From the NCBI RefSeq assembly GCF_009914755.1, contig NC_060931.1: a DNA stretch of 64,000 bases; one strand, written 5' to 3'. Origin of the DNA: the human T2T-CHM13v2.0 reference genome, Homo sapiens. Positions 1 through 12,568 of the stretch are shown piece after piece. A program made the position numbers and the translations under genes. The notes under the pieces are model-generated. The model had not been told where the DNA came from, did no database searches, and saw nothing but the letters and a program-made list of their open reading frames with translations. How positions within the stretch are numbered: the first letter of the stretch is position 1; each line of letters starts with the position of its first letter.

Positions 1-310
1 GTTGCAAACTCAAATGTTAATGGGGGCCTGGCAGGTAATGTCACTGGTGCAAATGTCTGTTGGACAATAAATGACAATGAACAGCCTGCCTCAGGGTCCA
101 GAGGACATGAGAGTGTTTTGGAAACTACACTGAACTGGGGACACTTCCACTTACAGGGGACAGCAGAGTTGCCAGATTGCAATTGGGGCCAGTGCTACTA
201 AATGCTCCATTTGTTCAAGAGAGGCCAGAAATCCACAGTTTTAAAATGTAACATCCCCCCACTCATTGCAATTCTTAACTACTTGCAACTAATTCAAATT
301 TAAGGCACCT
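1..310. mobile_element. hAT-Charlie DNA transposon fossil, MER102-like (cut at window edge)
   Basis: GCAAACTCAAATG..GGGGCC(T)GGCAGGTAA start and GTTGCCAGA..TTCAAGAGAGGCCAGAAATCC..GCAACTAATTCAAATTT resemble the recalled MER102 consensus. Confidence 0.55.
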
Positions 311-382
311 AGTAATTTAACTCTATGAAGAGCAAATACACTGAGTCTAGGAGCCAGATGGGAGAGGGAGAAACAGGTTCTA

Positions 383-550
383 TGTGTTCTACATGCATTA
401 ACTCATGTGGTCCTCACAATGTCCCTGTGAGGTAGGTACTATTATTAAGCCCCTTTTGCAGATGAAGAAACTGTGGCATAGAGAGAAAAAATAACTCAGG
501 CAAGGTCACATAGCTAGAAAGTGGGGCTGGTGGGATGTCAAACCTGGCAG
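383..550 (-). mobile_element. MIR SINE
   Basis: Reverse MIR core: CCTCACAA..GTGAGGTAGGTACTATTATT..TTTTGCAGATGAAGAAACTG..AAGGTCACATAGCTAG. Confidence 0.8.
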
Positions 551-864
551 AGTATAGGGCCACAGACAACATTGCACACCTTTTCTAGGATCATTATTGA
601 AGAGTTTTAGCTCTGAATTTTCACTATTGTATGTTAGGCTTGTAAGGCAGTCATGGAAATTTTACAGGTAGAGAAAATGTGACCCAGGAAACTCAAGACA
701 TGTTGACTGTCTAACCCATGCAGAAGAGCCAAGAATTCAACTGAAGCCTTACTCCTTTGCCTTTCAACTCAGCAGGTACAACACTGTCTCAGGAAAGCTC
801 ATCACTAATGCATTTCTAATGAATGGCCTTGCTGGGCTTTTGTATTAGTATTATTTACTATTTT

Positions 865-1310
865 TTAAATTAAACATTTTAGTCCTTGAATAGGTTTAGA
901 AAATAATATAATGATCCCCAGAGTGCCTACCACTCATTTTTTAAAATTAAATGTTACAATAGAAAGCTCACATGTATTCTTTACCACTACAGAACTAAAC
1001 AGGATCCTGAATTTTGTGTATATCATTCACATACATGTGCAAGTTTTTACACTGCTACTTCACATGCATACATAGTATCTAGTATTGCTTTGCATGCTTT
1101 TAAACCTGAAGTAGGTGGAAACATAAGGCATATACCCTTCTGCAACTTGCTTGTTTCCTTTAATGCATTTGACATTTATTTTTACTATTGCATAGCACAG
1201 GATATTTATCTATTTGTTTTTACTAGACATTAGGTTGTACCTGGAAACAAAGAACTTTGTACATGTGTCTTTTTATGAATAAGTGTGAGGCTTTCTCTAA
1301 GGGTGGATAA
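865..1310 (-). mobile_element. Old L1 (L1ME-like) fragment
   Basis: Degenerate antisense L1 3' motifs such as CTTCTGCAACTTGCTT, GACATTAGGTTG, GTACATGTGTCTTT. Confidence 0.4.
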
Positions 1311-1344
1311 GTGGGGGTGACTAAAATAATTTTATTATAATTAT

Positions 1345-1460
1345 GTAAAATGCTTACACTGGGGGAAGTGGGTGAGTTAGGTAAGGGACTCTTTCTATGA
1401 TTTTTGCAACTTTTCTGTAATTCTAAAATTAGTTCAAAACCAAAAGGTTAAAAAAAAAAG
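1345..1460 (+). mobile_element. L1M 3' terminus with A tail
   Basis: GGGGGAAGTGGGTGA..GGGACTCTTT..TTTTGCAACTTTTCTGTAATTCTAAAATT..AAAAGGTTAAAAAAAAAA. Confidence 0.55.
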
Positions 1461-4400
1461 GAAAAGAACATCTCCTCTGGGCCACTCCAAGCAATTCACC
1501 ATAGGATCACAATGCCTTGGGCTGAATCCTAGACACAGACGAGACCTCCACAGCAGTGGAAACAGGAAAAGGCTAGCTCCAGGGCCCTCCATCCCAGAAA
1601 TGCCACAAAACTGCCATATGAAACTGGTTGTTTAAAATGCCTCAAATAGCTGAGCTTATATACGGTCAAGTATGATTAACTAAAACCAAAGCAATTCTTT
1701 GAATATTTATAAACCAAGACAAGCAGACGTCATTTAAATTGAAAAGGCAACAAAGCTCCATTAGTGAAAAAGTCTCTCAAGCTACAACTCTCTATCAAAT
1801 ACATGAAATGACTTGTCTTTTACCTAGGTTTAAATTGTATCTGATATATTTGTTTAATTCTATGCATTTGGGGGCACATCTAAAAGTTCGCGGCTCTCCA
1901 ACTATAAGGAATGGGAGGGCCTCTTGGAATTCAAGCATCTATTCTTTGTCTTCCTGTTCTTTCCAACCAGTCAGATGCCCTGTGCCAGGAGAAAAATGTG
2001 TTTATGTAAAGTCTCCTGAGAGTGGGACTAAGAAGAGCTACATGGGCCAAACCCAACCCCAGCCATCTCCTCTAGGAAGCCTGCCAGGGCTAACCTCATC
2101 TGAACCACATCATTCATCTCCTCCTCTTTCCCTTTAGACTTACACATTCCCTTTGGTCTCAATCACAGCACTTGCAGATGTTTTGATTCGGATCATCTGT
2201 AAGTTCTTGTTACATTTTCTCTTCCTACACGGATTGTAAACTTTTCAAGGCATTATGTCAATCCATCAACAAGTGTGACTGCCAGAATATAGCAGAAAGA
2301 AGCTGAAGTGGAAAGAGTATGGGGCTTGGTAATATCTCTGCAATCACAATTTAGGGATGCTACAATCTTTTGGGGGACTCAGTTTCCTTGGCATTCTTCA
2401 GTTTCTAAGATACTTTCCTCCCATTAAATTCTACTGGAAGAATCCCTTCATTTCACCTTCCTCTAGTGACAGTATTACATACAAGACACATGGACACAAG
2501 AGACATAATCCTTGCCAGTAAGAACCATCTCAGTATTTTATTTTCTTTTTTTGGCACCTCTCACAATATAAGTAGTCCACTATGAACTAAGCACTATTCA
2601 GTAAATGTTGGTTAAAGTAGCAAAGTGATAAGCCAGTGGCTGGGGAATAAACAGACTCAGCAGCTTCTTTATCTGAAGTGTGTGTTCTCTATCTAGCCTT
2701 CTCCATCATGGCCCATACTCGGGAACAGTTTGACATTTTAGCACCATATGGCTGAGTGAGGATCCAAAGGCCACACAAAAAATTGCCAGCCCACTTGGCA
2801 TTTCCTACATTTGCCCAGGCAGATGGCACTAGGCATTCAGCTCACAGCTGCAACCTAGGTCAGATCTAGGAGGACCAGGGTATCTCCAGGATGCCAGGTC
2901 ATCAAGGACCCAGGGCAGTGGCAACAGAGCTTTGCAGGTCAGCACCTCAATGCCAAAGCTAATAATCTAACACTCATTTACCCAGATTTCTGGCACAGCT
3001 GAGAAAATATCCTAGTAGTTTTTGCAAACATCTTTCTATCAGAGGTATCCTGTAACTACACTCTGCACACCAAAATACCACATCTCTAAAGCACACTGTG
3101 GTATGCACACTCTCCTTGGGATGCTTGGGAACATCAGTCCTACCAGGACTACTGACGCAAAGCGAGCAGAGAGGTGTGATAAGAGGAATCTCATCCCAGA
3201 ATATGCCTGGATTTCATCATTAGGAATTTTTGTTCCACTGGGTTATGAAACACTCTTGCTTGTTAGAATTTTTTAAAGTACTACACTTAAGCTATAAATG
3301 CAGAAATTTTCCGGTGCTTCTGTAAGAGCACTCCCTATATGATGAAACGATATCTATTAATATGTTGTAAAAAGGAGGAAAGTTGCAGGTGGTTCCAAGG
3401 CAGGGACCGGACACCTTAGGGAGGTATAAAGGCAGCAGGTGCTAGAGAGGTTAGCAAGCATCAGGCAAGCACCACAGAAAGAAAAAGCAAATGTGAATCA
3501 AAGACAATTTGCCTCAAGAACTGGAATGAGGATATTTTATAGGCATAAGTGTTCAGACTTAGGCTGAGATCCATGAACCACATCCCTAAGCAAAGCTTTG
3601 TTGTAACTTGCCACGTCTCAGTTCTCCAGACCCTAAAATCTCTCTTAAACAACATAGGAACATACACATACTAATAAACTCCCATATGCTAGGCCTAAGA
3701 TTGGTTTGGCTCACATAAAACTGAGGCACATGCAGGCATATGTTGTTTGGGAAAAGGGCCGCGGGGCTCGCAGTAATGCAATATTATATATTCAGAGATA
3801 CAACAGAATTCTTCCCAGTTTACAGTGCTAAAGCTGGCTATTCAGAGGATGAGAAATTCCAAACGGACATACCATTTCTTGTGTAATAACAGTTAATCTG
3901 TATACAAACCTAACAGGATCATTAAGCAGGATTTTTATATTTCCTTTAACGCACACCAAATTTCAACCTCCCTCTAGTAAGCCTTGCATTCCACTAGACA
4001 TACAGGCACATGAGGGATGATTCTGGAAACATGATTTGCATGGAAATCTTTTGTCATCTGACTTCACCTCTAAAGTCCAAGTCACAGCATCCAAGTCACA
4101 GAACTTAGTTACTTGGAAGAAAAAAAAAATGGGGCACTGGGTGGGTCAAGGAGGGTGTGAGAGCAAGTATGTAAAAATATATTTATAACAATCTATTATT
4201 CAATATCATCTAACTTCGCTTAAACTGCGTACTATATTAGAATGTGCTTATATGTTTGTTTGTGATATAGAAAATGAGAGAAATACACTGGAAGAGATAA
4301 TATTCTAACAGGATAAAATACCTCCCAAAGCCAGAAGTCCACATAACGAAGCCAAGGATCCAACATCTAAAATCACAACATGGCAGTATTCATCAAACAC

Positions 4401-4746
4401 TTAGCACAAAGATTGGTTTTTGTAGCAAGAACCTGAGGTGACTTTACAGAGGAACTCACCTTTGAAAAGTGGCTGGGTCTTAAATGCTTTGCCAGAAAGA
4501 CTTCATCGAATCAGCCTTTTTCTAAGGTTGGCATGGGAGGAGTTTCAAAGTCTCCAAGCAAAAGCTACAGAAGTCCCCACAGCATGGTCATCCTAGAAGA
4601 GGCTTTCCAAGGCTTTCTTTAACAAGTTGGCAAAACTTGATCCCCTCCTTCCTGGTCACTGTGATTTCAGAAGTGTTAAATAAAATAGAGGAATTTCAAA
4701 GCCCCAAAAGCTGCTTTGTTGCCAGTATAACTGAAAGAACTTTGAA

Positions 4747-5034
4747 GCCAGGTGCAGTGGCTCATGCCTGTAATCCCAGCATTTTGGGAGGCTGAGGCAG
4801 GCAGATCCTTTGAGGTCAGGAGTTTGAGACCAGCCTAGGCAATGTGGCGAAACCTCATCTCTACAAAAACTATAAAAATTAGCTGGGTGTGGTGGCGTGC
4901 ACCTATAGTCCCAGCTACTCAGGAGGCTGAGGCAGGAGGATCACCTGAGTCTGGGGAGGTTAAGGATGCAGTGAGCCCTGATGGCACCACTGCACTTTTG
5001 CCTGGGCAACAGTGTAAGACCTTGTCTCAAAAAA
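4747..5034 (+). mobile_element. Alu, AluJ-type dimer
   Basis: Both arms with A-rich linker; TSD AAAGAACTTTG (4734-4744) / AAAGTACTTTG (5032-5042). Confidence 0.93.
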
Positions 5035-6088
5035 GTACTTTGGCAGAGGAAGAACATTTTACAGAGATCTAGGAGGTTTCGATATCTCTTCATCCCATCT
5101 AATTTCTTCATTAAGTTTGAAATTAAGAATTTGTAATAATTTAGATGAGTGTAACAGTATCCAAAATTTGATTATATTTTCTCTAAAGAAAGGATATGCT
5201 AGGGAAACCAGTAATGCAAATAAAAATGTTTTAAATATTTAAGAGAAGACACTTTCTTAAAAGCCCCAAAGCACCTTATAAATACATCTACCTACAAATG
5301 ATATATAACTATCATGTATTTATTTTTTAAAGCAGGACTCCTAGTAATATATACTAGGGAACACTTTGTTATATTAATCCAGATATTAAAATTATTTGAT
5401 GGTAATACAGTTCTTATATAATAATGTTTATAGATATTGTATTGTACCTAATTTAGATTACCTTCAATCTGAATTCAGCATTGTCATTAGAAATATACAC
5501 AGGTGAACAGTAAATTATTGGGTTTTTAGAGACTACAACCCACGTAAGTCTAATTAGTCACTAAAACTATCTTTTCTAAATGGCAAGTAAAATATGTTTT
5601 GGGCGTTTTCAAGGAGATCCAAACCTAGGTTCTACTAGTACCAGAATAGACAATTTTTTAGTCTCTTAGAACCACATTTTAAGCACAGACATTTATATCA
5701 GTGCATGTCTACCACCTTTAGCTCTGTCCTGGATCCACCTGACCTGTAACATTTCCCTTTGGGCTTAACAGAGTCAACATTCTTACAGTTAACAGATATT
5801 TTGCCTAAAAATATTTTATTTTGAAATTGTTTTCAGCCTTTGCCCAATACCTCAAAATACCCTCAAAGGTATTTCCTATAATTGAAAAGTTTGCCCACTT
5901 TCCTGTGTTCAGTATAAAATCTAGAAATCCTGCATCAGAAGACCTGGCCACAACCATCACAAAAATAAGGCAGTTATCTGAGAGGTAAGCTCTGAGTCAC
6001 AAAACCTCCGTACTGAATTCAAGTAATTGAAGACACGAGTGAAGAATCCATCCTTAACTACACAGGAACAATTCCCAGGAGCAAACGT

Positions 6089-6091
<3 letters not shown>

Positions 6092-6121
<30 letters not shown>
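6092..6121. repeat. (T)30 homopolymer
   Basis: Directly visible; not attached to a recognisable Alu or L1 body. Confidence 0.95.
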
Positions 6122-6122
<1 letters not shown>

Positions 6123-6634
6123 ATAAAGAGAAGCCACCACCAGGAGGAGGCTTGAAAGCTTGAATTTAATTACTTCTCCATCTCCTCATTATTCCACCCA
6201 ACTCCCTACTTCCCCATCTCATTTCACAGCCTCCACCAGCTCTCCCCTCAGGCCTCCTATCACCCCTCTGCTCAAGCACACATGCTCTCTCCCTCTCCTC
6301 CACACTCCCACTGCTTGATGTTCTCTGCTTTCTGTGTCTTGCTTTCACAGCATCCAGCTTTCTAGTAAATTGTCGCTGAATCAACATCTTCCATTGGAAG
6401 TCTGTGTAGACGGCATTGTCCTGGAAAGACAGAAAAGCTAAAGAAAGCCTCCTCCTTTAAGACATATAAAGCACTGACAAAAATGGCCACAGAATCTTCA
6501 TTGCTGGAGTCAAGATTATAATAGGGATTCCAGTGATTGATGCTGGGCCTTTCAAAGCCACATCTCAGCTCTCCAGAGTGCTGGCAGAGGGACAGGGGGA
6601 GATGTCAGAAGAATGGCTTAGAGCCAGGACTAAC

Positions 6635-7053
6635 ATAGAACCAACCCCCTTTGGAAAGCTGGTGAAGCTTATGGACTCCTGGTCAGAATAATGTTTTTAA
6701 AGGCATAAAAATCATGTAATTACAATGAAAAACAATTAAAGTGAAATACAATTATCTAACCCTTAAAAAGCAAAGTTCTGATAGAGTCGTTTTGTGCTTC
6801 TCCATTAATAACACTGAATAATAGGACTACTAGCATAAAATCTAGGGGCCAGTAGCATGTTTCACAAGTACAATTTCACATTTCAAATACAACCATTATT
6901 TGCTGTCTATATTCATAATTGAAGGAAATGCTAAATTTCAGCTAGGGCACAGTGAAAATAAAGGGTTTTGTTTTGTTTTGTTTTGTTTTTCCTCCCATCC
7001 AAATTCAGAGACCCTAGAATTCTAGCGATGGGCTTTTTGGTTAAGAGCCCCTG
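6635..7053. mobile_element. hAT-Charlie DNA transposon, Charlie4a-like
   Basis: CCCCTTTGG..CTGGTGAAGCTTATGGAC..TCAGAATAATGTTTTTAAA and terminal GGTTAAGAGCCCCTG TIR-like end. Confidence 0.6.
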
Positions 7054-8237
7054 CCACAGAGTAATGCTTCCCAGATCCTAAAATGATTCAGGTTTCTGAA
7101 AGGAATTACCCCGAAGTTCACTGTCAATTCAAATTGAATGTCAAATCCAATTCAGTGAGAAGGGAACACACAAACCACTGGACAAAAGAGGTAACATGAA
7201 CCCCAACGTTTTGTGGCTACGATAATGCGCCAATAGCCCTGAAATCTGATTTTCTGGAACTCAGGTGAAGTCTCTGGCCACTGAGCACGCTGCTCCCTCC
7301 TGCAAGCTCTACTGCTTCATCTTGCTCTGTTCCTAATTATTTGAACTTTTAAAAAATACCATTTTAAGAAGTGCTTTGTTAACACATCTCTTTTTGGCAG
7401 GTACATCATAGAAACTCTCCATGGAAATTTTTCAAGAGAGACTTATGATTCATTAATGCCTATGGCATAAAAGATGGTGCAACTGCGCGGCCCTTCCCAG
7501 GCTCTGGAAGAGGATGGCGCTGCCATCCCTTCGTCATTATGGTTTCTCAGCTTCCCACTTGAATATACCACTATTTCTATGCTCAAGCAAACAGCCCATA
7601 GGCTGACATAAGCCAGCTCTAAGGAAGAAAAAAATGCAGGACAATCATGTTTTCAGCAACTGGGCCTTTCAGAGTACAGATTCTGAGCACACGTGATAAT
7701 TTTTCTGTTACCACGCCAACATGGGTCTGATAACCCCTCTGTGTATGAGAATACAAGGTCTTCATAAAATCGCTGTAGGAAAGAAAGAAATGACTTATAA
7801 AGAGGTTTAAAAAAAAAAGGAGGAGCAGACAACATTATAAAAAACATACAACATATCCTTATTTTACAGAAAATAAAAGAAGACTATCAAAGAAGAGAAG
7901 ATCAACCATCCCATCATGGACAAGAGAATGCAATTCACATAAGCTATAAAAGGAATAATAAAAGAAAATTCATCTGTCACCAGGAGATATGATTTCTAGT
8001 GTCTCTTCTATGAATTCAGTACATCTGGAAAACGGATGAAAAATATTGGCAGAGGAAGCAGCAATGAGCTTCCAGGCCAAAGCACCTGATATGCTTGTCC
8101 TATCAACAGGCTTCTGAAGAAGCCCTCAGTCTCTGAAATATGCCCCAAAGGCAGCCCCTAGAAAAGGCTTATGGGCCAGGTTCAATTGCCACATGCTTAA
8201 AGGATGGAAAGGATGTGGGAAAGGCAACAGCTGCTGA

Positions 8238-8457
8238 CATTTACTGAACATTTACTGTGGGCCAGGCAAGGTACCAGCTGCTTCCAACACACTGTCTTAT
8301 CGAATCCTTCCAAAAGCACTTTGTGGAAAGTCTTATTATTGTCCACCATTTTAGAAAAGAAAATATAGGCTTAGAGAAGTAATGTTCCTAAAATAACAAG
8401 ACTAGTAAGAGCCTAGGATATAATCTGAACTTAGGTCTGACTCCAAGCTCATGCTTT
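8238..8457 (-). mobile_element. MIR SINE
   Basis: CATTTACTGAACATTTACTGTGGGCCAGGCA..CCATTTTAGA..GGCTTAGAGAAGT..AGGTCTGACTCCAAGCTCATGCT. Confidence 0.7.
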
Positions 8458-9482
8458 GAAATGCTTTTTTGCCTGAGAAATTTCTCCTTCTAAGACCCCA
8501 ACTCTACCTTTCTAATCAAAAATCCCCCCAAAATGTCTAACGCAACTGCACTGGTAAATGTATACTGTCTTATCATGGTTGGCAGAAATATCAAGGTACA
8601 AATTAGCCAATGACTAGGTAATTTATGGGTACAGCCTCAAGTTAATCAATGAAACATCCGTCAAGAATGAGCACTTGTCTGCCAACATGCCGCTCCAAGC
8701 TCTTTGAATCTGCTCATTCTGTCTATGCCCCTCATACTTGGAGATAACCTCGTCCTGTCTTGCTTTACCCCCACACGTAGTCCTGTGTCAAGTTATTTCC
8801 TTCAAACACTGAGACAAAGCCCACCTATTCAAAAGCAAGTCAATCCTGGTCTGCTTTGTAAACCTCTTGAGGTTTGGACTGTTCAGCATCCTAATACCAT
8901 TCACAGATCTTCCCCGAGGTGGCTTCAACATCTGCTCAGCTCATCCATTGCCATCCTTTTCTTCCAGTTTTGAATAAAGCTCCAAGCCCTCCACTCCAGC
9001 AGTCCTCACAGCTAAGCACCAAGGTGACTTAATAAACACCATCCTCAACCTCCCCAAAACTTAAAAAGTCCCAATGTTAGACCATGGTCCCTTCTTAGGA
9101 CTTCTATATATTCAGACACCATTTCCTACCCACATTCTTGGGAACATCAGCAACAGCAACATAATCCCCATAGCTTAATTACAAGATACTACTTGGCCCC
9201 AGCCAGACTGGGGATGCTAAAAGGCTTGCAGAGGTTTGTTTGTTTAAGCCACAAGGATCTCTTAAGGATGAGTTTTCTGGTTATTAAGTGGAAGGTGAGC
9301 AGCGTTTCCTTATCTCCACTAAGCACAACACACATAAAATAAGTGACTTTCCATGATAGGAGGAGTAACTTAATTCTGTATACTTTTATCATACCCTGGA
9401 GCCAGTTCCTAGGAGATATGATGTAATACACAGCTCTGAAGCAGTTTTACAAGGAGAAGGATTTGTACCTACAGCTAGGGCA

Positions 9483-9690
9483 ATTTAGTGGTTAACGCCT
9501 GGGGCTTTGGCATCAGAACGGGAGCTGGTGGCCCACCTTCAGTAGCTACATTAGCCTCTTGTGGCTTCAGTTTCCTCATGTGTAGAATGGCAACAGTAAC
9601 AACATCTACCTCATAGGTCTGTAGGATGCCAATAAAATCATGCATGTTAGGTACTCAATACAGCACCTAACAAAAAAATACTCCAAATAT
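9483..9690 (+). mobile_element. MIR SINE
   Basis: TAGTGGTTAA..GCTTTGGCATCAGA..TCAGTTTCCTCATGTGTAGAATGG..CTACCTCATAGG. Confidence 0.75.
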
Positions 9691-10935
9691 GGTAGATAGT
9701 AGCAGTAGTAAAAAGGAGAGTGAGTCAGTGGCATACCCACGGCACCACAGTTGTCACACAGCTAGGGTAAGAAAAAATCCATTTAATTTTTAGTTCACTG
9801 TGAAGGCAGGCACTGTGGAAATTCAGAGGGACACCACTGGATCTAGAGCTCGTCACCAGTAAGCATCTCTGAGTCATACACAGTAGTAGCACATCTTTCC
9901 CCCATTGCATTTTGATACTGAGGTTAAATCTGGCAAACATGAAGTTCTGCTATTGTGGGTCTCTGAATGCTTTTCTTTCAGAGAGCTCTGTTTTTGTTTT
10001 ATTTAAATGAATGTCTCTTTTCAATAATGAGGAAAGTTCAGCAAGAAGTAGAGATGTGGAAAAAAAAAAAAAAGGTACACATTAACATGAAGATTAATAT
10101 GACCCAACCACCTACAGAAATCTGATGACCAAAAAACAAAAAACAAAAAACAAAAAACCTGTGCCTGGCTTTAGATTCAGAAGAGGGAAAGGAAGAGCAG
10201 CCACACAAAAGCAGAATGTGGAACCATGTATTTTTAACTAGAGCACCGAACTGTTATTAAAAAAAAAAAAAAAAACTAATTCTAGCTAATTGAAGCTAAT
10301 ATGCAATAACTTGATGCTTAGTTGCATTTGAGACAGAGGAAAAAACCAAAAATTCATTAAAAGACATACAAATGAATAATGAATGCTGTTTTCTCAAATG
10401 CTCTATTCATAAAAGAATATTTATATAAAGGCACATGCTCAACTTTAATTTTAGAGAAGCTAAAGAAAAAATAATTCTTCCATTTACTATGTAACGAGCT
10501 CAGAAAATGGACAATAAGACCATTCCATGACAGAGAGTATTAGCATTCAACTCATCTATAAATATAAGCAACAAACAGTTTCAGCACAGCTGGCTGCTAA
10601 GGACTTCAATATTAACAAACAGACTTAATATTCTTGATTTACTACAGATTTTCCATCAAATGAAATAGTCATGGTGATGATAATTGGATCCACATGCCAC
10701 ACAGCATGCCTCCTAAAGATACAGCTCTGTGGTGTGATGGGGTACAAGTCACAGAGTCCAACAGGCAGGCAATGTGCACAGCAATTCTTAGCTTGCAGCA
10801 CTGAGAAGGTTTCTATTTCCTTGATTCAACTGAAAATGAACAAAAAGGGTATATGCAGTAAAAATGTCCCTGCCATCGATTTTAAATCCCAAAAACAAAC
10901 TCATCCACCATTCAAAACATACTAAAGTCTTGATT

Positions 10936-11082
10936 TCTTGATAGTTCTTGTTTGTTTGTTTTTGTAGCGACGGGGGTCTTGCTATGTTGCTGAGGCTGGT
11001 CTCAACTCCTGGTCTCAAGTAATCCTCCTGCCTCAGCCTCCCAAAGCACTGGGATTATAGGCTTGAGCCACTGCATCCAGCC
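10936..11082 (-). mobile_element. Alu left monomer (FLAM_C-like)
   Basis: Single arm; perfect TSD TAAAGTCTTGATT at 10923-10935 and 11083-11095. Confidence 0.9.
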
Positions 11083-12270
11083 TAAAGTCTTGATTATTAA
11101 GAGTACCTTTATAATTTACACACACTAAGCCAACAAACGTACCTTAAGTAGTAAAATGTGAAAAAAAACCGAACATTTCTTCAAACTAAGAGCCTGTAAG
11201 AGTAAATGTATAATCTATCATGTAATAAAAATTTAAACATATTTTTGTGTTTAACCATTTCAAACACATGTAACAAATAGGATCAGTGGTCACACAGAAT
11301 GCCAATGTCACTTTCAAAAGTAAATTAAAGCCTAAAAAGTTTGGAGTGGCAAATGAGTAATATTATATCATAGTCTTATATCTCAATATTATTTTACAAT
11401 AAATTATATTTACCTTTGCAGAATGTAGCACAATAAATTCTTAGATTTATGCCTTTGTTACTACCATGATGTACTGACTTGCTGAGTTTTTAAGTAATTC
11501 TCTTTATGACAAAGAAAAACCAGTGTAAATTAATCAAAGAACACCATTGTAAATGGTAATTTAAAATGCACATTGAACATTTTAAAATAGCCATTTAAAA
11601 ACTACATTTAAGTGGAAGGAAAATACTAAAATCACAGTGTTTTTAATAGTCAGCACAACTTTGACATATAAGTAGACAAAATTAAATTTAGTTCCATGTC
11701 CACCAGCTGCTACACTTTACATTTAAGGTTAATGTTCCTATGAAGGGAGGAGGCTCATACTCTGAGATGTAAGAATAACTTAAAATTGGACAAATATAAT
11801 AATTATCTGAAATTATATTTTAAAAATGATAGGCAATTCCCAGCTTATCAATTTAAGTTTTCAGCTGTGTAAAATTTAGCTCTAAGTCAGTTGTCTGTTT
11901 CTCCATCATGTATATTTCTTCATGAGCTAAGCCATATTATGGGTTAATTTGGTGGACCACTCTGGGAACCAACCCATTATTTATAACATTATTCCAACTA
12001 GAAAATTAATTGCCAATTCCAATATAGAATGATGGATGTGTGTGAAGGACACATTGTCCCAGCAAAACAAAAGGATCACCCTCCAATTTCTACCAAGCCC
12101 AGTTATTGAATAAGCAAGCAATGTGTGCAAGGCATCATACCAGGTACTTCGGAGGATAGAAAGTAGCAATATTTCAGCAACATCAGCCTCTAAGTTAAAA
12201 GCTAGCAATAATAAAAAATGGACAACTGTGACAGAGTGGCAAACTTCTTGTAGAAACAATAATGTAGCAA

Positions 12271-12568
12271 TTTTTGTTGTTGTTGTTAGACAGGGTCTCA
12301 CTCTGTTACCCAGGCTGGGGTACAGTGGCTTGATGTGGGCTCACTGCAACCTTGACCTCCCAGACTCAAGCGATCCTCCCACTTTAGTCTCCCTAGTAGC
12401 TGGGACCACGAGCATTTGCCACCATGTCCAGCTCATTTTTTTATTTTTTGTAGAGACAAGGTCTCCCCATGTTGCCCAAGCTGGTCTCAAACTCCTGGGC
12501 TCAAGCAATCCTCCCACCTCGGCCTCCCAAAGTGCTGGGACTATAGGCATAAGCACCTGTACCCAGTT
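12271..12568 (-). mobile_element. Alu, AluJ-type dimer
   Basis: Antisense dimer with AluJ-type CTCCTGGGCTCAAGCAATCCTCCC; explains ORFs 12123..12578 and 12341..12556. Confidence 0.93.

Noticed and set aside
1739-2137. 132-aa ORF
   Set aside because: Non-ATG start, no recognised homology, no exon boundaries.
4460-4592. Minus-strand exon candidate with strong donor AAG|GTGAGT
   Set aside because: Weak polypyrimidine tract at the acceptor and stops in the frames I checked; such pseudo-sites are common in long introns.
9721-9876. Two AP-1 sites (TGAGTCA) 150 bp apart, with others scattered through the window
   Set aside because: The 7-mer count is near chance expectation for 64 kb; not enough to call an enhancer.
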